Source: a virus. From it: a DNA stretch of 64,000 nucleotides. Numbering within the stretch: the first letter of the stretch is position 1; each line of letters begins with the position of its first letter. Of the stretch, positions 43,412 through 50,943 are shown piece after piece. The DNA is taken from the IMG/VR virus record IMGVR_UViG_3300025693_000002; one strand, written 5' to 3'. Under the pieces are notes generated by a model. It was not told the origin of the DNA, made no database searches, and was given only the letters and a program-made list of their open reading frames with translations. A program made the translations under genes and the position numbers.

Positions 43412-45103
43412 ATGGCCAAAACTATCAAGATCGTCTTCAACCCGGTAAAAGCGGCGCTTGTAGACCCTGATCGAGACGCCAGGTTGCTCGTCAATGAGTG
43501 GCTGTCTTACAAGATCGAGACGGGCCAAAAAGGCATGGGTATCGCACACGGCTCCATGTTCGATATGACGACCAATCGATTCCCTGCCGGCTTCGTGCGC
43601 ATGGTCACGAAAAAGCTGGAGACTGCAGGTTATCGCGTGTTGGCGGTCGGCAAGCCGGCTCCAGACCCGAAAGGGTATGAATCTCCCGTTGTTGACGGGA
43701 ACGCCCCTGACGCGCGTTACGACTATCAAGAAGAAACGATGCGCAGACTGGTCGTACTCAAGCGCATGATCGCTCAGATCGCAACCGGGGGCGGTAAGAG
43801 TCGGGTGTTCAAGCTCTGCTCTGAACGCTTGAAGCTGCCCACGCTGTTTCTGACTACCCGCAAGTCGCTGATGTACCAGATGGCCGAGAGTTACAGCAGC
43901 GTCCACTCAGAACGACCGATCGGTATTATTGGCGACGGTCACTGGAACCCGCAGCCTGATGGTATCAACTTCGCCATCGTTGACACCCTGACCTCCCGGA
44001 TCGAGGAAATGTCCTTCGAGTCTGAGCTGAACAAGGCGCTCGACAAGCACGTCGAGAAGGTCGAAGCCCAGATTCTCAAAGCCCTTGAGAAGAAAAAGCT
44101 CCCTTCCTCTCCTCAGCTGCTGCGTTCGGCGCCGGCCGACGTGAAAGCAAAGGTCAAGGTCGTGCGCAGTCAGGTCGAACTGGCAATGAAGATCGACGAG
44201 AAGGCGCTGGTAGCGAAGATTCAGGCGAAGGTAGACCGTCAGACCGCGATCCGCGCCGAGACGGTCAAGTTCCTGGAGAACATTCAGTTCCTGTGCCTGG
44301 AAGAAGCGCACGAGGTCAGCGGTAACGGGTTTTTCGACCTCTGCAACGCGATGAAGAACGCACACTATCGCCTGGCTCTGACCGCGACACCGAACATGAA
44401 GGATTCCGAAGAGGCGAACATGCGACTCGTCGCTGTGACCGGGCCAATCGGTATCAAGGTCAGCGAGAAGCTGCTGATTGATCGCGGCATTCTGGCAAAG
44501 CCCTACTTCAAGATCGTTCAGACCACCCCAGGCAAAGGCGTGACTCGCGGAACAGCCTGGTCAACTGCGTATGAGCGCGGGATCGTCAACAACGCTTCGC
44601 GGAACATGCAGATCGTTAGCATGGTGCAGGAAGGCCGGCGCTGGGGTCTGACGGCGATGATTCTGGTGCAGCGCACAAAGCACGGCGAACTGCTCAAGAA
44701 CATGCTGGAGACGGTCGGTATTCGCGCTGAGTTCATCAAGGGTGAAGATGATCAGACGGCAAGACAAGCGGCGCTGAATCGACTCGCTGCAGGCGAAATT
44801 GACGCTCTGATCGGCACCACGATTCTCGACGTGGGCGTCGATGTGCCGTCTGTGGGTATGATCATTCTGGCTGGCGGCGGGAAAGCTGAGGTTGCTCAAC
44901 GTCAGCGCATCGGTCGTGGACTGCGGGCCAAGAAATTCGGACCTAACGTGTGTTTCGTCTACGACTTCTTGGATAACTGGAACAACCACACCTCTGCTCA
45001 CTCGCGCGAACGTCTGCGGATTATCGAGTCCACCCCTGGATTCGCTGAAAACATCGTCACGGCCTTTGACTTCGCCGCGTTGGGATTTGAAAAAGCAGCC
45101 TGA
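43412..45103 (+). CDS. superfamily-2 DNA helicase (DEAD/DEAH box, res-subunit-like)
   Basis: Motif I ATGGGKS, motif II LEEAHE, motif III LTATP and motif VI QRIGRGLR. Confidence 0.85.
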   Translation: MAKTIKIVFNPVKAALVDPDRDARLLVNEWLSYKIETGQKGMGIAHGSMFDMTTNRFPAGFVRMVTKKLETAGYRVLAVGKPAPDPKGYESPVVDGNAPDARYDYQEETMRRLVVLKRMIAQIATGGGKSRVFKLCSERLKLPTLFLTTRKSLMYQMAESYSSVHSERPIGIIGDGHWNPQPDGINFAIVDTLTSRIEEMSFESELNKALDKHVEKVEAQILKALEKKKLPSSPQLLRSAPADVKAKVKVVRSQVELAMKIDEKALVAKIQAKVDRQTAIRAETVKFLENIQFLCLEEAHEVSGNGFFDLCNAMKNAHYRLALTATPNMKDSEEANMRLVAVTGPIGIKVSEKLLIDRGILAKPYFKIVQTTPGKGVTRGTAWSTAYERGIVNNASRNMQIVSMVQEGRRWGLTAMILVQRTKHGELLKNMLETVGIRAEFIKGEDDQTARQAALNRLAAGEIDALIGTTILDVGVDVPSVGMIILAGGGKAEVAQRQRIGRGLRAKKFGPNVCFVYDFLDNWNNHTSAHSRERLRIIESTPGFAENIVTAFDFAALGFEKAA

Positions 45104-45106
45104 AAA

Positions 45107-45130
45107 CACCCCGCCAAGTGCGGGGTTTTG
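45107..45130 (+). terminator. intrinsic terminator after the helicase gene
   Basis: ACCCCGC-CAAGT-GCGGGGT followed by TTTTGG. Confidence 0.75.
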
Positions 45131-45199
45131 GTTACCTCAGAAAAAATCATCAAAAGCAGTTGCACCCCAGCGCTTGTATGTGTAAATTTTCTTCGTGTT

Positions 45200-45215
45200 C
45201 AGTAATCAGTTAGTG
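45200..45215. promoter_or_regulatory. degenerate palindrome motif
   Basis: AGTAATCAGTTAGTGA, 15-30 nt upstream of ORF 45230. Confidence 0.3.
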
Positions 45216-45229
45216 AACGGGGGAGAATC

Positions 45230-45766
45230 ATGAAAAAGTTCTATGTGGGTTGCGGCTCCACCAATACCCCTGCCCCTATTCTCAAGCTGATGACTCTGTT
45301 GGCTCAGGTGATGGCTCAACGCGGTGTGACTCTTTACACCTCCGAGCAGCCAGGAGCTGACAAAGCGTTTGTGCGAGGGTCGCAAGGCTTGTTCTTCACG
45401 TTCATTCCCGACAACGATGCAGGCGAATCAATGTGCGGGATCACCTCCGATCTGACCCCGGGCGGTGCTGCCGTGACCCTCGCACGGAGATTGAATCCGA
45501 CTTTTGTCGCAATGACGCTCCAAGAAAAACGCTGGGAGATTGCTGCGAACAACATCCTGCTTGGTTTGAGCGGCGTTGGTCAGGCAAAACTGCTGATTAC
45601 CTGGACGCCGGATGGCGCTACGCGGCCGAGCGAGTTCACTGAGAACACCGGCAACGTGGCTCGATATTTGCGAATTGCGCACAAATACGGAATCCCGGTT
45701 CTAAATCTTGCGCGCAGAGAGCATCGAGACAAAGTGAAGCCTTGGCTGGCCGATCTTTCTCACTAA
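45230..45766 (+). CDS. SLOG/DprA-like Rossmann-fold protein
   Basis: GCGSTNTP...LAQVMAQRGVTLYTSEQPGADKAF resembles the GSR..P / G.GAD.AF pattern of DprA/SLOG families. Confidence 0.4.
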   Translation: MKKFYVGCGSTNTPAPILKLMTLLAQVMAQRGVTLYTSEQPGADKAFVRGSQGLFFTFIPDNDAGESMCGITSDLTPGGAAVTLARRLNPTFVAMTLQEKRWEIAANNILLGLSGVGQAKLLITWTPDGATRPSEFTENTGNVARYLRIAHKYGIPVLNLARREHRDKVKPWLADLSH

Positions 45767-45777
45767 TCACTTAGTAA
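45761..45777. promoter_or_regulatory. palindrome motif
   Basis: CACTAA-TCAC-TTAGTAA, overlapping the stop of ORF 45230..45766. Confidence 0.35.
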
Positions 45778-45793
45778 CCTAAAGGAAATGCAA

Positions 45794-46231
45794 ATGTTTG
45801 GCAAACTGTTTGGCAAGAAAGCTCGTGAAGCCCGCGCTGCAATGGCAAAAATTGAAAACCGCGACCTGATGGAAGCTGCTGTTTACGGCGTCTTCTACGT
45901 TGCCGCGGCTGACGGCGAAATCGAGCCGCAAGAAGTTGACAAGATCGACCGTCTGCTGCGCAACGCACCTCAGCTGCAAGGTTTTGGCGGCGAGCTGGGC
46001 AACGTCATCGACCGCGCCAAGGCCGACTTCACCGAAGGCGGTGCTCGCATCATTCGCATGAACGCCGAGCGTGAGCTGACTGATCTGTCGAACAGCCCGG
46101 AACAGGCTGAAATCGTCCTGAACTTCATGCTGACCGTTGCCGAAGCGGATGGCGAAATCGAGCCGGAAGAAGTCACCGTGCTGGAGCGCGCCGCCAGCAA
46201 GATGAATCTGCGCTTGAAGGACTACCTGTAA
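45794..46231 (+). CDS. TerB-domain protein
   Basis: Two AADGEIEP.E blocks (AAADGEIEPQEVDKIDRLL and AEADGEIEPEEVTVLERAA). ATG 45794 is preferred to 45788 because of AGGA spacing. Confidence 0.7.
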   Translation: MFGKLFGKKAREARAAMAKIENRDLMEAAVYGVFYVAAADGEIEPQEVDKIDRLLRNAPQLQGFGGELGNVIDRAKADFTEGGARIIRMNAERELTDLSNSPEQAEIVLNFMLTVAEADGEIEPEEVTVLERAASKMNLRLKDYL

Positions 46232-46407
46232 TGATTGGCCGGATCATTTCGCAATTCCGCTTTGCGCTGGTGATCCTGCTGGCTATTGGGGTCGTCGTGA
46301 TCGACTCCATTAGCCGGACAATCTCCATGCTGGCCGACTTGGCTCTGATTGGCATGATGCTGGCTTTGGTCTGGCCTCTGCTGCAATCCAAGTCTGACGA
46401 AAACTGA
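46231..46407 (+). CDS. small membrane protein (58 aa, 2 TM)
   Basis: Hand translation gives MIGRIISQFRFALVILLAIGVVVIDSISRTISMLADLALIGMMLALVWPLLQSKSDEN. TAATG coupling to the TerB gene. Below the ORF-track cutoff. Confidence 0.5.
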   Translation: MIGRIISQFRFALVILLAIGVVVIDSISRTISMLADLALIGMMLALVWPLLQSKSDEN

Positions 46408-46420
46408 TCGCATCGAGGCG

Positions 46421-46756
46421 ATGATGACTGAACACAGCACCCCGGAACTTGACCTGTCGGTTGAAGCCCCTGCACTGCCGCTGAGTAACGCGATTGCGAC
46501 GCTGGTCGCGACCATCACCAATTACGAAAGCAACGCGATTGTTTTTGCCCGAGAAGGGCGCGAAGAGGACGCGCTTGACTCTCTGCGTTATGCAGAAGAC
46601 CTGCGTCTGGCTCTGACCATTTCGTATCAGTTCCAAAGTCAGGTTTGCGTCACCCCGAGCGCCCTGGAGCAGACCATTGCCTCGATCAACGACGGTGTTG
46701 ACAAGGCTCTTGAGCAAGTTCGCGCAATTGCTGCGCAAACCCCTGCGGTTCACTAA
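46421..46756 (+). CDS. hypothetical protein
   Basis: 111-aa ORF, the last CDS of the plus-strand block. Confidence 0.5.
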   Translation: MMTEHSTPELDLSVEAPALPLSNAIATLVATITNYESNAIVFAREGREEDALDSLRYAEDLRLALTISYQFQSQVCVTPSALEQTIASINDGVDKALEQVRAIAAQTPAVH

Positions 46757-46779
46757 CCCGAACCGGCCCTAACCAGACC

Positions 46780-47088
46780 TGAATGTTTACAGGTATCACC
46801 CGGAAACGGGAGTGGGCAAAGGCGCTTAAAGCGGCGCTACTGCCTCAGCAGTACAGAGCGTTTAAGCCAGGTTAAGTCGCTGGTCGATTGAACGCTCTCT
46901 AATGCTGAGGGGCTACGGTGGTGACATGGCGTACCTGATTGCTGGCGTCTCGTCTCGTCTTTGGGTATGGCCCGCCTTCTACCGTAGCAAGTTGCACCAA
47001 AAGGCGGGCGTCCTCCAAAACCGCACGGTCTAGCGGTAAACGAGACTGAATAGACCACGCAGCCCACTGTTATCAGTGGGCTTTTTTA
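46780..47088 (+). ncRNA. candidate structured ncRNA or 3-prime-UTR element with pseudoknot, ending in an intrinsic terminator
   Basis: Nested perfect helices 46843-50/46903-10, 46855-62/46891-98 and 46867-70/46880-83. An H-type pseudoknot is formed by 46912-19/46981-88 and 46970-78/47001-09. Further helix 47027-32/47051-56. Terminator 47061-69/47074-82 plus a T run. No credible ORF. Confidence 0.5.
47061..47088 (+). terminator. intrinsic terminator ending the plus-strand block
   Basis: AGCCCACTG-TTAT-CAGTGGGCT followed by TTTTTT. Confidence 0.85.
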
Positions 47089-47131
47089 TGCGTGTGAGAA
47101 AGTGCGCGAGAACTGCAGCAGAAACAACGCT

Positions 47132-47152
47132 GGGAAGCTGTCAGATTTCGCG
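47132..47152. repeat. 21-bp repeat GGGAAGCTGTCAGATTTCGCG (copy 2)
   Basis: Identical to 39499..39519. Confidence 0.85.
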
Positions 47153-47200
47153 CTGCTGACGACTTCACATTAAAGCGTAGTCATCACAGCGCGAAGCGCT

Positions 47201-47221
47201 AAAACGCGCTCATACGAGCGC
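47201..47221 (-). terminator. intrinsic terminator after the HslV-like gene
   Basis: Minus strand GCGCTC-GTAT-GAGCGC-GTTTT. Overlaps the stop codon. Confidence 0.55.
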
Positions 47222-47706
47222 TATGCGAGCGGGTCGAAAAACGCCCAGGCGTGGGTGTCGAACGCAGTCAGATCACCGCCAGAGAACACATCCATGTCGC
47301 AAGCGGTCAGCACAGCGTCGATAGCGTCTTGACCGATGCGCATCGAGGTCAGCGCATACTCAGTGCCACTGCCTTGCGCAACTGGAATCTCAACCGGCAT
47401 CGGAACCAGGTGGTCTTCCAGAGCGAACACTCGGCCGTCCTCCAGGATCAACAGACCAGAGAAGGACTCCGGCTCCAGCACGCCTGGACACCCGTCCAGG
47501 ATATTTTCGGAGTCTTCCATCGCCTTGACCGCCATAACCAGCGCTTGATACGACCCGGCGCCGGCCATCACCGCTCGATACTCCACACCGTTCGCGGCGA
47601 CAGTCAGCTCAAAGATTTTCTTCGACGACTTGGCGACAATCAGGTTTCCAGCGGTGGCCCGGCCGTCAGCGACCAGATTTTTCCCATCAAAAGCGATTGT
47701 GGTCAC
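47221..47706 (-). CDS. HslV-like proteasome-type Ntn peptidase (T1 family)
   Basis: N-terminus MTTIAFDGKNLVADGRATAGNLIVAKSSKKIFEL parallels HslV (TTIV...GDGQ.T.G..V.K...KKV). Also VMAGAGS and AQGSGTEYA (GSGG-like) motifs. Confidence 0.7.
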   Translation of the reverse strand: MTTIAFDGKNLVADGRATAGNLIVAKSSKKIFELTVAANGVEYRAVMAGAGSYQALVMAVKAMEDSENILDGCPGVLEPESFSGLLILEDGRVFALEDHLVPMPVEIPVAQGSGTEYALTSMRIGQDAIDAVLTACDMDVFSGGDLTAFDTHAWAFFDPLA

Positions 47707-48140
47707 ACTCTTACTCCCGCACGTTTCAGACGTTCCAACAGAACTGTTGCGTATCCATTCATAGCCATGATCTGAGTGCTCAGCAGATGCTGATCAGTCG
47801 GGTCAACTTTGGAGAAGCCGTCGGATTCGACGAAGCGATTGAGCTTGGTCAGTTTGTCCGTCAGCTGAACGTATTCACCAATCACGCGCTGAACGTGAGC
47901 TGGCAGACCTTCTACGTCGCCAATGGGCAGGTATGCGGCGTCGAACTGAGCTTTCGGACTCCAGCTGATATACCCGGCGTGACGCTCGTCGTTGGGCTGA
48001 CCACCGTCGGTATATTCAACCAGGTAGCCCTCGTCTTCACCCTGCTCATTTACAGGCAGCTGCCAACCGCGATAGTCGTTGTACTGACCGCGAGTCATCG
48101 GGTAGGCGATAACCGTTTTGGTGCCGATGTAGTGAGTCAT
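47703..48140 (-). CDS. conserved phage hypothetical protein
   Basis: 145 aa from MTHYIGTKTVIAYPMTRGQYNDYRGW. The ORF-track N-terminus was trimmed (1-nt overlap with the upstream stop). Confidence 0.5.
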   Translation of the reverse strand: MTHYIGTKTVIAYPMTRGQYNDYRGWQLPVNEQGEDEGYLVEYTDGGQPNDERHAGYISWSPKAQFDAAYLPIGDVEGLPAHVQRVIGEYVQLTDKLTKLNRFVESDGFSKVDPTDQHLLSTQIMAMNGYATVLLERLKRAGVRV

Positions 48141-48382
48141 CAGAAGCCCTCCGGTTGAGCGACAGCGCGCACCCAGCAGGAGATACCCTTCTGCAGATCG
48201 GTTCGGCCTTCGTTGAGCCAACGCATATCGACTTGGTGACCGCCCGTTTGCAAGTTGGTCACAGCCAGGTAGTCGTACATTTCGCCCAGCTTTTCGCCCA
48301 GCTCTTTGATCTTGTTGATGCAGTCGATTTCGTCCTGCGTCAGATCGCGGTAGTTCTTGATCAGCTTGTGCTGATTATCCAT
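48140..48382 (-). CDS. hypothetical protein
   Basis: 80-aa ORF, the first gene of a leftward unit. Confidence 0.5.
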   Translation of the reverse strand: MDNQHKLIKNYRDLTQDEIDCINKIKELGEKLGEMYDYLAVTNLQTGGHQVDMRWLNEGRTDLQKGISCWVRAVAQPEGF

Positions 48383-48395
48383 TGGCGATACCTAT

Positions 48396-48420
48396 TTAAC
48401 TAAGTGGTGAGTTATTATAT
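48396..48420. promoter_or_regulatory. palindrome motif plus TTATTATAT
   Basis: TTAACTAAGTGGTGAGTTATTATAT, 34 nt upstream of the glutaredoxin-like gene. Almost identical to the portal copy. Confidence 0.5.
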
Positions 48421-48453
48421 CGTTTTTCGGTTATACGCCACCAGGAGCCAACA

Positions 48454-48708
48454 TTGTTCACTGTTTATTCGATGCCAAACTGCCCGCACTGCGTCGGGGC
48501 AAAAGAACTGCTGAAAGCGCGCGGTTATGAGTTCAAGGAGAAGGTTGCTGGTGAGGATTTCACCAAAGACCAGCTGGAAGCGATCCTGGGTAAGCCGGTG
48601 CGTACCCTGCCGCAGATCGTCTTTGAAGCGAATGGCGTTCAACGCCACATTGGCGGGTTTGTTGACCTGCAAGCCCGACTGAAAGCGCCGGAATCACTGG
48701 CCGAGTAA
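48454..48708 (+). CDS. glutaredoxin-like protein
   Basis: CPHC active site at residues 10-13, with TLPQIVF and GGFVDL glutaredoxin-fold motifs. TTG start with AGGAG 7 nt upstream. Confidence 0.8.
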   Translation: MFTVYSMPNCPHCVGAKELLKARGYEFKEKVAGEDFTKDQLEAILGKPVRTLPQIVFEANGVQRHIGGFVDLQARLKAPESLAE

Positions 48709-48792
48709 AATTCTTGGTTGGGTTGCTTTGCAGTTAGTGATGAGTGGGCCTATAACAACGGTGAGAACCGAAACTATAAAGAGGCCCATCTC

Positions 48793-49014
48793 ATGCACTT
48801 TCTCATTAACCAGACACCTTCTGGTCACAAGCTGATCGATTACGGGGACGACATGAGCGTCTTGCACGCCGCCATGTCAAAAGAGCGAGGAAAGTCGGCA
48901 AATATAACACCGACAATCCTCAATCAACGAGTCGTTCGTGAAACCTATCTCTGCGACGAGTACGGGCGCCCCATCGAAGAAGATAGCTTCCTCATTGCGC
49001 TCGACGACCTCTGA
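48793..49014 (+). CDS. hypothetical protein
   Basis: 73 aa from ATG 48793 (AAAGAGG upstream). The 3-prime end overlaps the convergent gene by 23 nt. Confidence 0.4.
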   Translation: MHFLINQTPSGHKLIDYGDDMSVLHAAMSKERGKSANITPTILNQRVVRETYLCDEYGRPIEEDSFLIALDDL

Positions 49015-49660
49015 TACCCCGCTCCGCTCCCCGAGCATGTTCGGCTTTCGCACGAAGTTTCATACCCTCACGGACGAGGTTCGCGAATGCCGGACTGCTC
49101 ATGATCTTCTTCACTGCGTCCATTCGACCACTCGACCTCGCTTCCTCCCCTGTCACCTCGCGGAACGGGTCTTGATCGCCTGATTTGATTCGTTCGATGA
49201 AGGTCAGCGCTGTCAGCAAGCTCACGAAAGCCTTAGTCGTTTTCTCTTGATTGCCAAAGCTGGTGTCCGAACCGATGTGAATCTGCTTCTGCTTGCGGCC
49301 CAGAGGGTCGTAAACCACAGCGCGCAGCGTGGGAGTGGCGTTGACTACATACCAGCGCAGCCGCAGATCGTCAAAGAACGCAGAAGGGGTAGTTCCTTTG
49401 ATCTTCTTCGAGGTCTTGAGGTGGGCGCCTGACTTGATCAGCGCCTCTACCGCTTCTTCCAGCGCCTCTTGAGTGCCGCCGCACACCCCGTCAGCGAAGT
49501 TTCCGTCAGCGACAACCTCGTCGTAGCGGGTCACACGCAGCTGCCAGGACTGGTTGCGGTTGTTCCGTGCGATGCCACGCGGAACGATGTAGTGCTCGCC
49601 TTCCAGCTCGATGATCCGGGCCGGCAGATTGGCTTCTTTGTGTTCGTAGAAAATGGTCAT
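48992..49660 (-). CDS. hypothetical protein (possible DNA-binding)
   Basis: 222-aa ORF with a sigma70-like promoter at 49718..49747 and the CCAGCTAAAC leader motif. Confidence 0.5.
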   Translation of the reverse strand: MTIFYEHKEANLPARIIELEGEHYIVPRGIARNNRNQSWQLRVTRYDEVVADGNFADGVCGGTQEALEEAVEALIKSGAHLKTSKKIKGTTPSAFFDDLRLRWYVVNATPTLRAVVYDPLGRKQKQIHIGSDTSFGNQEKTTKAFVSLLTALTFIERIKSGDQDPFREVTGEEARSSGRMDAVKKIMSSPAFANLVREGMKLRAKAEHARGAERGIRGRRAQ

Positions 49661-49717
49661 ATCAGGGGTTTCTCGTTATAGGTGTTTAGCTGGTTTGTGT
49701 ATGTAAACGATCGGGGG

Positions 49718-49747
49718 TATTATACGCTTGCAAGCGTTTTAAATCAA
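49718..49747 (-). promoter_or_regulatory. sigma70-like promoter
   Basis: TTGATT-18-TATAAT on the minus strand. Overlaps the 14-bp palindrome ACGCTTGCAAGCGT (49724..49737). Confidence 0.45.
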
Positions 49748-49768
49748 AAACAACATGAACAGCACAAG

Positions 49769-50173
49769 TTACTTTTCCCGTTTATTTACGCTTAGTAATT
49801 TTACGTCGAAGGCGTCTTCTGGCACCTCGACACCCCACCACTCCAGAGCTTTGTCGCGAAACAGCTGCCAGTCCTCGATAGTCGCCTCTCCATGAGTGCA
49901 GAGACGGCACTGACTGGCGCCATTGAGCTGTTCCGTGACGGTGGTATGCAGGTCTACACCCTTTACTCCAAAACGACCCACTGTTGAGCCGTCAGAAGCG
50001 TGAATCCACACAGCGTTGCGGTTGTCCGCAAGCTGCAGTTCGTATTCCAGGTGAGCCAGCTTGCAGTGGTCGCACTCTTTCTTGAGGTAGCCACCCATTT
50101 CGTAGCCCAGTCGAACGGACCTGGTATTTGCTGCGGTGGCGTACACGCAGGTGCATTTGCTTTTGTCGGTCAT
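49769..50173 (-). CDS. hypothetical Cys-rich protein
   Basis: 134 aa with CTC...CDHC...CRLC cysteine pairs. Confidence 0.5.
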   Translation of the reverse strand: MTDKSKCTCVYATAANTRSVRLGYEMGGYLKKECDHCKLAHLEYELQLADNRNAVWIHASDGSTVGRFGVKGVDLHTTVTEQLNGASQCRLCTHGEATIEDWQLFRDKALEWWGVEVPEDAFDVKLLSVNKREK

Positions 50174-50451
50174 TTGAATGCGTCCTGCACCGAAGCGTGG
50201 ATGATCAGTGCGTTCTTGTATGCGCTTTCGGCGGCCCGGAGTCGAACCTGCTCGTCCGTCAGGTCGAGCTTGTTGATTTCGGTCATGGCCACCATCAGGT
50301 CAGTCATGATCTGTTGCCGTTCGCGCTTGAATCGCTTCTCTCGGTCACTGGCGAGCTGTCGCTTGATCGCAGCTTCCATCCCGTCCTCCTCTTCCTGTCT
50401 GTGTCGATCCAGCGCTTTACTCAAAGCTCCAAACATCGCGTGTACTCCCAT
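50170..50451 (-). CDS. hypothetical coiled-coil protein
   Basis: 93-aa ORF, ATGA-type coupling. Confidence 0.5.
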   Translation of the reverse strand: MGVHAMFGALSKALDRHRQEEEDGMEAAIKRQLASDREKRFKRERQQIMTDLMVAMTEINKLDLTDEQVRLRAAESAYKNALIIHASVQDAFK

Positions 50452-50624
50452 TGTTGATAGACCCGGAACCCGGTATTCCCGTAGTCCCCAGGCTGTGTAA
50501 GGGAAGAGGCACTAATCCCCTCCTCCCGGCTGTGTAAGGGCGTCTTTCCCCGGTACGGCTTTTAGGATTCTGTAGGGTGAGACTATAAAAATTAGTTCTA
50601 ATACTTTGACACTTAGAACAACTT

Positions 50625-50691
50625 GCGAAAGTTTGAAAGTTTCAAACTTCAAACTTCAAACTTCAAACTTTCGCAACTTTCAAACTTCAAC
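50625..50691. repeat. heptamer tandem repeat (TTCAAAC x4 plus 2 degenerate) inside a 13-bp inverted repeat
   Basis: GCGAAAGTTTGAA (50625..50637) pairs with TTCAAACTTTCGC (50662..50674). Perfect heptamers span 50641..50668. Confidence 0.85.
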
Positions 50692-50878
50692 TTAATATCA
50701 AGTCATTAATACACTTATTATAAAGCGCGTTATTAATAACTTTGAGCGCGCGCATCTTTACAACTTCAAAAACAATGCGCGCAACTTCATTGCTAACTTT
50801 AATAACAGTAACTTTGTTTACTGTTATTAAATACTCAACTTCACTTACTTGTTTAAAGTTTATATGTGCAACTTGCAT
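50687..50878 (-). CDS. hypothetical small protein in the AT-rich island
   Basis: 63 aa, AAGGTG 9 nt upstream of the ATG. Very AT-rich, so it could be spurious. Confidence 0.35.
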   Translation of the reverse strand: MQVAHINFKQVSEVEYLITVNKVTVIKVSNEVARIVFEVVKMRALKVINNALYNKCINDLILS

Positions 50879-50900
50879 AATATAAACACCTTAAAAGAGA

Positions 50901-50941
50901 AAAGAAAAAAGCGCTTAGTTATTAACTAAGCGCTTAGTTAA
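50901..50941 (-). terminator. intrinsic terminator with an alternative overlapping palindrome
   Basis: Minus strand AAGCGCTTAGTTA-A-TAACTAAGCGCTT-TTTTCTTTTC (50935..50901). The 20-bp perfect palindrome TTAACTAAGCGCTTAGTTAA (50922..50941) shares the central arm. Confidence 0.7.
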
Positions 50942-50943
50942 TC

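Noticed and set aside
46912-46988. A 77-nt segment closed by a perfect 7-8-bp stem (GCTACGG.../...CCGTAGC) looked like a tRNA.
   Set aside because: No D-arm, anticodon arm or T-arm (GGTTCGA-type) can be drawn, and there is no CCA context. It fits better as one helix of the pseudoknotted RNA candidate.
46780-47088. Possible tmRNA, 6S RNA or small-ribozyme identity for the structured RNA.
   Set aside because: There is no tRNA-like acceptor/T-arm pairing of the ends, no tag reading frame and no long central-bubble hairpin. No hammerhead CUGAUGA...GAAA core is visible. The element is left as an unclassified candidate.
48992-49014. The 23-nt convergent overlap of ORFs 48793..49014 (+) and 48992..49660 (-), considered as a sign of a mis-called gene or antisense regulation.
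   Set aside because: Both ORFs have plausible starts, and no terminator fits between them. The evidence is insufficient to call either ORF spurious or to claim antisense control.
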